Shown: positions 10,801 to 23,760 of the stretch, one piece after another
How the letters are laid out: every line of letters starts with the position of its first letter
Position numbering within the stretch: position 1 is the stretch's first letter
DNA from: Hemiscyllium ocellatum
Taxonomy: Eukaryota
NCBI RefSeq assembly: GCF_020745735.1
Contig: NC_083407.1
Span: 79,227,857 to 79,291,856, forward strand
Reading direction: 5' to 3'
DNA length: 64,000 nt
Made by a program: the position numbers and the translations under genes
The notes under the pieces: model-generated
What the model was told of the DNA's origin: nothing
Seen by the model: only the letters and a program-made list of their open reading frames with translations
Databases searched by the model: none

Positions 10801-13800
10801 TCTGTTTAAAGCCTTTGATTCAAATTGACAGTTTGAATTATTCCATTTCAACTTTTTTTTTGTTAAAGCAAAATCTGGTATGCTTTTGGATAAGCAACAG
10901 ACCACTCCGTTAAAACCAAAACAAAGAGTTATGATCTATCAAGCAGAGTTCCCATCTAGGATCTGACTTGTCCGTTAATAATCTGTTAGGATCATAAATA
11001 TAAACTTGAACCTCATTTTCAAGGAGACAATTTAAGATTTGAAACACCTGAAAGTCTCATGGTATTTTTAGTTTTTATAACAATCAAAATTGTCTTTAGA
11101 GCAGTTACCATTACAAAGGAAAATGTGATCTATTAATACAAAGTAGACAATTTTAAAAAACCATTTGCTGTCCAAAATAAACAAAGTTGATAGTGCCATG
11201 AGGTGCTTTGTTGGGGGTGACCAAATGCTTGATTCTGGACGTTTCACTGAAATGGCATCAAATCTTGACAACTTCTTGGAACTATATTACAGCTATTTTA
11301 AGGATAAATTGTGTATGCAACTGTGCATTTTTGAAAGTTTGTTCTACATTTATCCCCTGCAGAAACAGATTGTCCTGATCTGGTTTATACATGACTCAGC
11401 TAATTCTTATCGAAATAATCCAGCATGCCACTCCAAAATCTAAGAAATTGGTTGGCACAGACTTGGCAGGCTAAAAAGGCCAGTTCCTGCTATACTGTTT
11501 TATGTTTATTCTTGATTCGATCTCCAATTTACATTATTAGCAGACATGGTATCGATAGTCATTTGTGAACTGAACCAAAACTCAAGTTGTTTAACTTTTG
11601 CAAGAATATATTTCTAAAATGACAATTCAGTGCACAGTAAAAAAGCTGGTTAATTTCAGCACAACCTAAACATTATCAGAAAAATTTTCCTGTACTAAAT
11701 TTGTAATACCATGTATGTGTTGCTGTGCATATTCCAAGGTCTAACTACATTAAACTGTTTTGCTTATCTTCCTTTTGGCATCTAATTTCCAACATGGAAA
11801 GGGATCTTCGCAAGAAAACAATCTAGCTATATTTATTTCGTATCGAAAGTTCCTGTAATTGTCTAGTGTATAAGTTAATCAGCCAGAGTGTGGAAAACAC
11901 ATGACTCTTTAAATATACTTGAATTTTAAGCCATACAATACCAAATTAAGAGTTTAACAGAAAAAAAAACTTGAGTACAGGATTAGATCCTTGAATAATC
12001 TTTTAATAATGGCCTTTCTGCTCCTTTCAAACTTATCAACCTTTGTAGTCAATTGCCTTCTACCACCATCTGAATTTAAACATGACATTACTTTTCAAAA
12101 TGTGAACAAAGCTATAGGATAGTTAGGAATGTCAAAGTAGTTTGGAAATGAATTAGCACCCTTAAATTAAGGGGAAAAACCAACACCAAATACAAAAATA
12201 AATGTAATATAACAATGAATCACAGCAAAATATACATTTATCTCTCCAATACTTAACATTCAGTTTGCTGATTCTGAAATTCTGAATGGAGGGAAGCAGT
12301 CAGCATTCAATATACAGCATTAATAAGTCAATTAGCGAAGTTTTTAAAAATATCAGCCACAATACCATTAAGGTCAAAATTGTTTTGTTGTTTATAAGAA
12401 TTAACTTTTCCCTCAAAGTTGTTTTATGTGCACAGAGATGTTGTGCATTTTTGGAAAAAAGTTAAAAAACAGTTTAAAAACTGATTTTTATATTTACCAA
12501 TGCTAAACTCTACTTCAAATCAAACGTTCAAATGCACAGACCAAACATGTGGTCTTAGGTAATGGTTGCATTTCTACAATAACCATTCATCTTACTCCAT
12601 TTATTTGTGTTGCCGCTAATCTTAAATGGTAGACTGCAAAATTTGCTAAATCAGCAGGCACAAATTGAAGTGTCAAAACTTTGGGCGGCTTATATAATTC
12701 CTTGCAGCAACTCTAAGAGTAATGCTATTGCAAGCAAAAAAAGCCTGAAAAAATCGCAAGACAACCTACTCCCAATACTGTATCAGTGTCACTATTAAAT
12801 CAGCTAAGATTTGACCAAAAGCAACTGGGCTGATAATACTAATCTTTCTATCTGAAGCTAGTTAGCTCCCACTCACCATTTTTTTTCAGAAAACAAGCAA
12901 CAGATCAAGAAATTAACATGAGAATTGTAAATGCTTGAACACTGACAAATTGACATCACCACTGAAACTAAATCAAGACAGATCAGTGGTACAGAATAGC
13001 TGACAATCAATTGGCAAACAAACTAAAATATGATCAGCCAAAATACATTACAAATCATAAGTTTTTCCAAAGTACAATTTCATAGTAATTCCCTTCAGCA
13101 TAAACTATACATAGAAACTAGTACACAGCAGAGTATCACTTTTACAGATTGAGTGCATTTTGTCAAGTGACATTATATCTTACAGAAGAATGTATCCTAC
13201 TATATATGTATTCCAAGCAATGAAGTATTTCATTTTGGTAACTGATAAAAGTGAAACCAGTAAACAACTGTTACTGGTATAATCCATGAAATGGATTACA
13301 TTAGTTCACTGTATCAAGTGTTTACTTTGATTATCCACAAAATCTATCCCTGTACCATAATTTTCTTCATCTTCAAAAGAAAACAAAAGCAATCGTGTGC
13401 TTTTAATGAAGACTTAAGATGACAAAAATAATCTTAAAAGTCAATCTGCCAACCATCTTTTAATAATGGTAGTGGCATATTCCTCTGTACCTTATAATAA
13501 ATTAGCAACAAGTTTTTCACTCCAAGTGTCCCAAGTTGCTGTACTTCTACACAATTCCTTTCTTTAATACACTTGTGCCAACTTCGTGAAGGTGTGCACA
13601 ATTTCTTAAGTATAATAAAGCTCCTTGCAATTTTAAAGCTGGGCCTGCCCAGGTTCTTGAGGGAAGCTTTTTGGTGTTTATACCAATTACCATATTTCAT
13701 TTGTCTTTCTCCTTTTACAAAACAAATGAAACTGTTTTTGAAATGGATACAAACAACGAAAATGGCAATAAGATATACAGACTGCTCAATACACTAGTTA

Positions 13801-13887
13801 TAATTAACAGTACAGTAGATTACCAGCTTTAAAGTCTTCCCAGTAAATATTAACAAGCCAGTTAGAATATGGGTGATCACTTCCAAA

Positions 13888-14023
13888 TTAGTATTTATTT
13901 ATTCCAAGGATCCGAACACCATGTAGCTGAGGCAGCTTAGGAATCAACACTGTTAAGAGGGATGCTGTATTGACAATAAAATGCGTTGGGTCATATTTGG
14001 TATAAAAACTGGCCAAGAAATAC
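13888..14023 (-). CDS. ORMDL1: ORMDL1 last coding exon
   Basis: Acceptor cttgcAG, then [44 protein letters not shown]. 136 nt, completing the phase-2 split codon. Confidence 0.95.
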
Positions 14024-14629
14024 CTGCAAGAAATAAAATATTTAGAAAACTCAATTGAAAAATAGCATAACATTTCCAGCAAAATAACAGTTTAACAAAA
14101 GTTCCTTGCTACAAATACCAATACAATATTTAGTCATTAAATTCTGCATCTCTGAAACTTTTAAAAGACGTTTGCGTGTATTTGTTAAATTTCTATTTTC
14201 CAATGTTTTTTATTTCTGCAACCAGCTACAAAAATAATAATAATTCAATTTGAAAACATGCTCTTTCAAATTTTTAGCTAGTCAGTCTGCTGAAAGTGAA
14301 GAGCACAGGGGAACAGATCAAAGATCTCTTTCCACCACCAGGCTGGTTACGGAGTGTTGGGAAAACCCTTTTTCATTTCAATTCAATTCTTCCCTTGTAA
14401 GAAATCTTCCTTCAATAAAAAAAGGAGCTGTCATAGATTTGAACATCTAATGTATGTTTCTATAATATATCATCTCCTACCATTATAAATTGTGTTTTAT
14501 TAAACTTATTTTCAAAAATGTAATGTCCTAACAATGCTGGCCATAATCCAAATTGTGAACAGTACTAGCTGAATCAACTTTGGTGAGCTATTCAAACTAG
14601 AAGTGAATTTTGGCATCATCATTGCAAAT

Positions 14630-15280
14630 CAAAGTCCATTAAAAGTGGAGTTACAGGTAGATAGGATAGTGAGGACTGTATTTGGTATGCATGCCTTTAT
14701 TAGTGCATTGAGTATAGAGTTGGGAGGTCTTGTTGCAGCTGTACAGGACATTGGTTCGGCTACTATTGGAATACAACATGCATTTCTGGTCTCCTGCTGT
14801 AGGAACGATGTTATTAAACTTGAAAGGATTCACAAGGATGTTGCTTGGATTGGAGGGTTTGAGCTATAGGGAGAGGCTGAAAAGACAGAATATTTTCCCT
14901 GGAATGTCAGAGACATTATAGAGGTGTATAAAATCATGAGGGGCATGGACAGTGTCAGTAGAGAAGGTCTTTTCCCCAGGGTGGGAACTACAAGGCATAC
15001 ATTTAAGGTGAGCGAGGGGAAAGATTTAGAAAGGGACAACCGGGGCAAGTTTTTCACAGAGTGGAGCATGTATGGAACAAGCTGCCAGAGGAAGTGATGG
15101 AGACTGACACAACAACAACAACAACATTTAAAAAGCATCTGGATGGGTACATGAATAGGAAGAGTTTACAGGGATATGGGAAATGCTGGCAAATGGAACT
15201 AATTGATTTTAGGATATCTAGTTGCCATGGAGGAGTTTGACTGAAAGGTTTATTTCTGTGCTGTACATCTCTATGACTCT
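14630..15280 (+). mobile_element. CR1 LINE 3' fragment with a small (CAA)n expansion at ~15110-15126
   Basis: 'KVELQVDRIV..FGM', 'LQLYRTLVRLLLEY' and the canonical tail ctgtacatctctatgactct. Confidence 0.85.
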
Positions 15281-15761
15281 AACTTCCATCTCAACACACA
15301 CTTAATGAGTTCTGAGTAAAAGGCACCTCTAGGTAACATTAATTATAACATGATTGAATTTTGCATCGTTTGATAGGGAAACAAATGGCTTAAGACTATT
15401 AATTAAAACTTATACAAGGGCAACAATGTGAGCATAAAAGCTAAGCAGCTGAAATTAATTAGGCTAACAGACATCTGTACAGAAGCATTTTCAGACATTT
15501 AAGGGGTATTTCAACATTCTCAGTACAACTAAATTCCTACTATAAAAGGAATAAAATCAAATAGCTTGTGGGAATTCAAGTATAGTCGATCAATTGACTC
15601 CCCTTTATCAAGCGTATGTATTACTCCTTCAAAAGATTTAAATAAATTGGTTAAACGGAATTTTCCTTTCATAGAACTATAATGACGCTCCCAGTTATCT
15701 GATGTCTTCTAAATACCAAATTATAACCTCCCTAATGATCAGGTCAAACAGCTCCCCACAA

Positions 15762-16058
15762 CTAGTGGTTAGCACTGCTGCCTCACAGCGCCAGGGACCT
15801 GGGTTCAATTCCCGCCTCAGGCGACTGACTGTGTGGAGTTTGCACGTTCTCCCCATGTCTGCGTGGGTTTCCTCCGGGTGCTCCAGTTTCCTCCCACAGT
15901 CCAAAGATGTGCGGGTCAGGTGAATTGGCCATGCTAAATTGCCCGTAGTGTTAGGTAAGGGGTATATGTAGGGGTATGGGTGGGTTGTCGCTTCGGCGGG
16001 TCGGTGTGGACTTGTTGGGCCGAAGGGCCTGTTTCCACACTGTAAGTAATCTAATCTA
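15762..16058 (+). mobile_element. tRNA-derived SINE (HE1/V-SINE-like) with CR1-derived tail
   Basis: Pol III A-box remnant tagtggttagc, B box gggttcaattcc, central domain tgtggagtttgcacgttctcccc...gggtttcctccgggtgctcc, tail gggccgaagggcctgtttccacactgt + (aatct)n. Confidence 0.85.
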
Positions 16059-17312
16059 AACTAACTGGCCTATAGATTCCTGTTACAAATACAGAATGAT
16101 GCAGAAACTCAACTGGTCTGCAGATCTGTGGAGAGAAAAACAGAGTTTACGTTTTCAGTCTGTTATGTTTGTCCAGAAATGTCCCATTTTTTGCCTCCCT
16201 CCATTCTTCAACAGTGGGGTTATATCTGCCATTATCCATTTGAAAAATTAAAACCAAAGTATCCACTTCATTGACCACATCTCTTTTTACTTTAAAAGTA
16301 TGCTAAGTTGAAATCCGTCACAACCCGGAGACCTAATCAACACACAACTCCACTACAAATATTCAATGATGCTTCCTCCACCTCCATCTGGGGATGATTT
16401 ATCCAAAGTCTCTCAACTCAAAAAAAAATTATGTCCTTTAACAGCAAACCCGAATTTTAAAACAGTGACCCCAGTTCTTGACTCACCTACAAGAGGATAT
16501 AGGTTTGAATTTTAATTTAGTTATACATTATCATGTAATTTACATTTTTTTTAAATGTCATGCTAAAGAAAGACAAAGTACAACCCATTTAATAAAGACA
16601 GCAGCTTGGGGTGTTCTCTTTGATGCAATCCTCAATTTCAGAACAATATAGAATCATAGAATCCCTACAGCAAGAAAAGAGGCCATTCAGTCCACCAGGT
16701 GTGCACCTACCCTCCGAAGAGCATCCCAACCAGACCCAGCTCCCCCACCCTATGCCTGAAATTCCACATTTACGATGTAGGCCCCAAATAGTCAATGAGA
16801 ATTAGAGGAACAAATATACAGGGAGACTTAGAGGAGCAATATGTTGTCATTGTAGGGAATTTTAATTTTCCCAACATAGACTGGGACTGCCAGAGCATTA
16901 AGGGCTTAAACGGGGTGAAATTTGTTAAGCACATTCAGAAAAGTTTCTTCAAACGGTATAGAGAGGGTCCTACTCGGGATGGGGCAAAACCTGACCTACT
17001 CTTGGGAAGGACAGGTGATGCAGGTCACAGTGAGGGAGCACTTTGGGACCAGTGACCATAGTTATCAATTTTAAAATCGTTAAGAAGAGGGACAAAACTG
17101 GTCCACGCGTTAAAGTTCTAAAATGGGGCAAGGCAAATCAAACCCAGGTCCCTGCCATTGTGATACAGCTGCATTAACTACTGAGCCACCCTTGCTGCCC
17201 ATTACCATTAATAAAATAGTGCGATGTTTTAAAGCAATAATCAAAACAACACAGGAGAGTGAATGAATTATGAAATACTTATGGTAGTGAGTTAACAAAA
17301 CTGGGTTCTTAC

Positions 17313-17464
17313 AGAATAATTGGTGAAATAGTAAGGAACTTTCTGGAAGATGTAAACTGTACTCCATAATCCAACTGTTCCCAGTGTGTCAGAAGTCTTG
17401 CCTTCCCTTGATCTGGTGTTTCAAAGGGTGTCCCTTTGACTGCATGCAAGAACACATACATCCC
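17313..17464 (-). CDS. ORMDL1: ORMDL1 second coding exon
   Basis: ctacAG|[50 protein letters not shown](L)|GTAAGA. 152 nt, missed by the ORF track. Confidence 0.95.
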
Positions 17465-19084
17465 CTGTAGGTATGTAGAAGTCAGTTAAATTACAAATAT
17501 CAAAATGACCAGATTACAACCAGAAACAAAGCTCAAAAATAACAGACTTGTTGCAGTTTAGCAATTCTCCCAGAGAAAAAAAAAACACGTTTTAATTCAG
17601 GAAACTAAGGAAAAATTAATATTTTAGCATTGCCTTTTGTTTATTACCTTTTGAAGTAAGATTATATCTTCAAGATTTTTTTGGGAAGAGAAGTTAAATG
17701 GTAATAAAAAATTATCAAAATAAAGCAGTTAGCATATTTAGCTAAATAAAAGTAAAATACTGCAGATACTGGAAATTTTAAACAAAACATATTCAGCTGG
17801 TCAATGTACCGTGTGGAGTGAAAAACCGAATGAACATTTCAGGTAAATGACCTTTGATTGGAACTCTTGATTGTACATCTTTCTATGTTTTTACAACCTC
17901 AACTAGTTTCCTTTGACATGAACACTTTGCAAATTAAGAACGGGCACTTGAAGGCCTCAAAATGGTTGGTGTCAAAATGAAAATGTCACTGGCATAGGAG
18001 ACGGTCTTCTGAGAATGAGGCTCAGCATCAAAGTAGAAATAGCTTTCTGACTTTACACCTAACCATGCTATACTGGGCTTTAACTACTCAAATATACTGA
18101 ATAGGAGACCATTCAGGCCATCATGACCAGAGTGATTGAAAAAAGTTAACAAACGCAATTCTCCTTATAATTTTGGTCGATAGGACTACAGGCTGCAGCA
18201 CATAGAATAAATATCCAATCTATTTTTAAAAGCAATAAAGCTTCTAATGTTATTACCCTTATAGGCAGTTAGTTCCAGATCCCAGCATCTTTTGAATTAA
18301 AAGGTTTCTCTTTAACTGTTCTTTAATTCTTCTTCCAATTACTTTGAATCCATTTCCTGATGACACACCACTATTCTACCAAGGGAAGCTTGTCTTTCCT
18401 ATCCACTCTATCACAGTTCCTCAATTTTATACACCCAATTCTCTCCCAGGCCTCCTCTGGTGCACAGAAAATAATTTCAGCCAATCTTTGCCATTTTTCT
18501 TTCAATTCTGGAAACAACATAACAACAAATATTTGTTTGGGCCTCTACTATAATTGAAGGTTCCCAAAGTGATTCACAGGAATGTTGTAAGACAAAATAC
18601 AGAGATATCAGAGCAGATAGCCAAATGCCTGGGTTAAGAGATATGTTTAGGAAGTGTTTTAATGAACAAAAAGTGAAGTAGAGGGGTGGACAGGAGGATT
18701 TCCAGAGCTTGGGGATCAATGAGAAATATAATTGGGAATGCACACGAGGCCAGAATTAGCAGAGACCTTGGCTTGTGTGGGTGGAATAGATTGTAGAAAC
18801 GCAGAGGAGCAAGGTGATTTTTTTTCACCTAAAAGCAAGAATAAGAATTTTAAAATCAAGACATTGTTTTACTGAGTGCCAATATAGAGAGGAAAGCACA
18901 GGTTTGTTGGGGAAACAAACTCGTTGTGTTTTAACAATGAGTAGTAAAGAAACAGTGCTGTTATGAGGGATGTGTGTGGGTCTGTATGTAGAATGTAAAT
19001 CTCAATTCTACCTTTCCTAGTGCAATCACTAAGTGGGTTTCTTTTGTCCCCACAGCTATGGCATAACCTCCTTGCTTTTATGGA

Positions 19085-19572
19085 ACTTGAAAGGCTTCAG
19101 AAAAGATTAACAAGAACGTTGCCAGGGTTGGAGCTACAGGGAGAGGCTGAACAGACTGGGTCTGTTTTTCCTGGAGCTTCGGAGGCTGAGGGGTGATCTT
19201 ATAGAGGTTTACAAAATTATGAGGGGCATGGATAGGGTAAATAGGCAAAGTCCTTTCCCTGGGGTCAGGGAGTCCAGAACTAGAGGGCATAGGTTTAGGA
19301 TGAGAGGGGAAAGATATAAAAGAGACCTACGGTGCAGCTTTTTCACATGGAGGCTGGTACGTGTATGGAATGAGCTGCCAGAGGAAGTAGTGGTGGCGGC
19401 TGGTACAATTGCAACATTTAAGAGGCATTTGGATGGGTATATGAATAGGAAGGGTTTGGAGGGATATGGGCCGGATGCTGGCAGGTGGGACTAAATTGGG
19501 TTGGCATATCTGGTCGGTGTGGACAGGTTGGACCGAAAGGTCTGTTTCCATGCTGTACAATTCTACAACTCT
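19085..19572 (+). mobile_element. CR1 LINE 3' fragment (young)
   Basis: ORF 19219-19494 'MRGMDRVN...TRGHRF...VWNELPEEVV...FKRHLDGYM' plus the CR1 tail. Confidence 0.9.
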
Positions 19573-21454
19573 AAATAAAGTAAAACGTTTCCCATAGATG
19601 TTTACCACCATATGTCCCTAATCTGCTACAGAGGGATTGTCTTATGAGTAAAGGCTAAAAATGAGAGGTCATCTCATTGAAACATAGGATCCTTAAGGGG
19701 CTTGACAAGTTAAATGCTGAGAGAATGTTTCCCCTCATGGGAGATTCTAGAGGGCATAGTCTCAGAATAGAGGGGTGCCAATCTGAGATTGAGATGAGGA
19801 CAAATTTCTTCTTTTAGAGGATTGAGAGCCTTTAGAACTCCTCAGTGCACTATAGGAAAGTGTATATTTAAGACTGAGATAGGTAGATTTGGGATCAGTT
19901 AGGGAATTAAGGGTTTTAGGGAAAGGGCAAGGAAGTTGTTGTGAGGAATATCAGATCAGCCACAGTCTTACTGACTGGTGAAGCAGGCTCAAGGAGTCAA
20001 ATGGCCTATTCCTATTCCAATTTCTTATCGTCTTAATCATCTCTCCTTAATTTAAGTTTAAATTATTGATATATAACATGAAAAACAAAAGGACCTTGAA
20101 GTGGGCTCCACAGAAACTTACTGGAAAAATGCCTCCAGTCACAAAAACTGCTCCATTGGCAGGAAGCAAAACAGAAGTGGTTAATGATTTAGTTTTTTTA
20201 ACTGAATTGTACTTTTCCTTGGAATTCTAAGGTATTTCATATTTATGACCAGTCTACCATATGGAACCCAGTGGAAAAGAAATTTCTAAAATCCACCTAT
20301 ACTGCATTAAAAGTAGTACTGTCATGAAGCTCCCACATTTTCTCAAAAACATATCAAATCAGTGACAAGCAAGTTTCCCTCAAATCTGTGCAAAACTTTC
20401 CTTGATCGATTAGTATCTAAATTATTAATTCATCCAAATTTTTTTTCCCAAATACTTTTCCACCATTACGTTTAGGCTGTCTATCCTGGAATTGGGTTTA
20501 TCCCTTCCGCCTTTTTAAGCATTAGCAGTTATTATGATCAGAAGCAGTTCTCTGGCAACATGCTTGTAGAGATGTCATCAAAACAAAGTTTTTGCCATGA
20601 TCTTTTGTACTTTGCTTAAAAACTTCATTCATGGGATATGATTGTTGCTGGGTATGGCCTTTTCTAATTGCTGTAAAGGCACCAGTTCTTTATGAAGTTC
20701 AAATTCTATGGAATCTGTTTCACCACCTACCACGGTGGGATTCAAACCCATATCACCCAGAACCTTAGCCTGAGATTCTAGATTGCTGCCCATATGTTAC
20801 CATTACACCACCACCTCTTTCAGGGGCAATTATTCAGGCCTGGTGATTTATAAATGTTCAAAAATGTGAAATCCCTTTATCTCTTTTTATTCCATTTCAC
20901 ATTCTGCCTCCTCAACTAATGCCTACAATGTTTACTTCTTATGAAGGCAGGCATTAAGAACCAAATTTACTGTCTCCACAAACAGGTTACCATTTAATCT
21001 CAAATAGGCCCTACCTTGTTTACTATTCTTGTTATTCTTTATTTAATAATTTCTTTGGGATTTCCTTGTTTTTACTTGTCAATACTTTTAATGTCCTCTT
21101 TGCATACCAATTTTCCTCTTTAATGCCATTCTCTACTTTTACTATACTTTCTCTAGGCTGTCTGCTATATTTGTCTTATTGGACATTAGTTCCACTTTCA
21201 TTGCCTTTTTCTTCACCTGCACACTCCTGCAAATCTGGAAGGTGGGGAATCATCTAGATTTGGGAGTCCCACATGTTCTTTATAGGAATAGATTTATTCT
21301 CAATCCTCCTTGAAAACCTTCCACTGCCCTGAAATTGATTACCCTTAAATAACTATATCCAATATACTTTTGCAAGGTTACTAAAAACAGCCTCAAATGA
21401 AAATATTTCTGTTTCCTTTTCCATAAAAACAATAAGGTAAACCACGAATCCAGA

Positions 21455-21746
21455 CCTGAACTGCCGTGCTCTTCCAGCACCACAAATCCAGACCTGAACT
21501 GCTGTGCTCTTCCAGCACCACTAATCCAGAGGCTCTCTGCCTTTATTCTTGATGAAGGGCTTTTGCCCGAAACGTCGATTTTACTGCTCCTCGGATGCTG
21601 CCTGAACTGCTGTGCTCTTCCAGCACCACTAATCCAGAGGCTCTCTGCCTTTATTCTTGATGAAGGGCTTTTGCCCGAAACGTCGATTTTACTGCTCCTC
21701 GGATGCTGCCTGAACTGCTGTGCTCTTCCAGCACCACTAATCCAGA
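21455..21746 (+). repeat. Tandem pLTR ladder: 38+38+108+108 bp units, all ending in aatccaga
   Basis: Units at 21455-21492, 21493-21530, 21531-21638 and 21639-21746. The two 108-mers are identical and each holds a hammerhead motif (21549-21576, 21657-21684). Confidence 0.9.
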
Positions 21747-23732
21747 ATCCAATCCCTCTGCTCCAATCCCAACCTCACCATCAAGCCAGCAGATAAAGTG
21801 GGCGCAGTGGTAGTCTGGTGCACTGACCTCTACACCGCTGAAGCCAAACGCCAACTCGAGGACACCTCTTCCTACCGCCCCCTCGACCATGACCCCACCC
21901 CCCCATCATCACCCAGACCATACAGAACCTCATCACCTCAGGAAATCTCCCAACCACAGCTTCCAACCTCAGTCCGGGAACCTCGCCCTGCCCAGTTCTA
22001 CCTCCTTCCCAAGATCCACAAGCCTGACCACCCTGGCTGACCCATTGTCTCAGCATGCTCCTGCCCCACTGAACTCATTTCTACCTACCTCGACACTCCC
22101 CTATCCCGCCTAGTCCAGGAACTCACCACATACGTTCGAGACACCAACTGTGCCTTCCACCTCCTCCAAGACTTCCATTTCCCCGGCCCCCAACGCCTCA
22201 TCTTCACCATGGATATCCAATCCCTCTACACCTCCATCCACCATGACCAAGGCGTCCAAGCCCTCCATTTTTTCCTCTCCCGACGTCCTCAACAGTACCC
22301 TTCCACCGACACTCTCATTTGTTTGGCCGAACTGATCCTCACCCTTAATTTCTCCTTTGAATCCTCCCACTTCCTCCAGACCAAAGGGGTAGCCATGGAC
22401 ACACGTATGGGCCCCAGCTATGCCTGTCTCTTTGTTGGCTACGTAGAACAGTCGATCTTCCATAATTACACTGGCACCACTCCCCACCTCTTCCTCCGCT
22501 ACATTGATGACTGCACTGGCACCACCTCGTGCTCCCGCGACGAAGTTGAGCAATTCATCAACTACACCAACACATTCCACCCTGACCTTAAAATTTACCT
22601 GGACCATCTCTAACACCTCCCTCCCCTTCCTGGACCTCTCCATCTCCATAAATGACGACCGACTTGACACTGATTTTTTTTACAAACCCACCGACTCCCA
22701 CAGCTACCTGGATTACACCTCTTCCCACCTCTTGGCAAAAATGCCATCCCGTATTCCCAATTCCTCTGTCGTATCTTCTCCCAGGAGGACCAGTTCCACC
22801 ACAGAACACACCAGATGGCCTCCTTTTTTAGAGACCTCAATTTCCCTTCCCACGTGGTTAAAGATGCCCTCCAACGCATCTCGTCCACATCCCACACCTC
22901 CGCCCTCAGACCCCACCCCTCCAACCGTAACAAGGACAGAATGCCCCTGGTGCTCATCTTCCACCCTACCAAGCTTCGCATAAACCAAAACCTTCCACCA
23001 CCTCCAAAAAGACCCCACCACTAGGGATATATTTCCCTCCCCACCCCTTTCCACCTTCCGTAAAGACCGTTCCCTCTGTGACTACCTGGTCAGGTCCACA
23101 GCCCCCTACAACCCCACCATCCCATCCTGGCATCTTCCCCTGCCACCGCAGGAACTGCAAAATCTGTGCCCACACCTCCTCCCTCACCTCCATCCAAGGC
23201 CCTAAAGGAGCCTTCCACATCCATCAAAGTTTTACCTGCACATCCACTAATATCATTTATTGTATCCGTTGTTCCCAATGCTCTCCTCTACATTGGGGAC
23301 TGGACACCTCCTAGAAGAGCGCTTTAGGGAACATCTCCGGGACACCTGCAACAATCAACCACACCATCCTGTGGCCCAACATTTCAACTCCCCCTCCAAC
23401 TCTGCCGAGGACATGGAGGTCCTGGGCCTCCTTCACCGCCGCTCCCTCACCACCAGATGCCTGGAGGAAGAACGCCTCATCTTCCGCCTCGGAACACTTC
23501 AACCCCAGAGCATCAATGTGGACTTCAACAGTTTCCTCATTTCCCCTTCCCCCACCTCATCCTAGTTCCAGACTTCCAGCTCAGCACTGTTCCCCATGAT
23601 TTGTCCTACCTGCCTATCTTTTGTTCCACCTATCCCCTCCCCCATTCACCTATTGCACTCTATGCTACTTTCTCCCCACCTCCACCCTCCTCTAGCTTAT
23701 CTCTCCACGCTTCAGGCTCTCTGCCTTTATTC

Positions 23733-23760
23733 CTGATGAAGGGCTTTTGCCCAAAACGTC
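23733..23760 (+). ncRNA. Hammerhead motif in the Penelope 3' pLTR, G12->A mutated
   Basis: CUGAUGA A GGGC-uuuu-GCCC aAAAC GUC. Confidence 0.55.

Noticed and set aside
11500-13887. Exact ORMDL1 polyadenylation site
   Set aside because: The repeat-poor AT-rich stretch fits a 3' UTR, but several minus-strand AATAAA candidates (about 12600, 11835, 11508) cannot be ranked.
15762-15815. tRNA gene
   Set aside because: A/B boxes belong to a SINE head. There is no cloverleaf and the sequence continues into the SINE body and CR1 tail.
17750-17870. Functional hammerheads at ~17830, ~16145 and ~28662
   Set aside because: Recognisable only as relics of family C. The core boxes are destroyed, so they are not listed as ribozyme features.
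21455-21746. CRISPR-like look of regularly repeated ~38-bp sequences
   Set aside because: Intervening sequences are identical or absent rather than unique spacers. The repeats are Penelope pLTR pieces in a vertebrate intron and there are no cas genes.
22110-23220. Long minus-strand ORFs (186, 123, 113 aa)
   Set aside because: Antisense shadows of the C-rich Penelope ORF.
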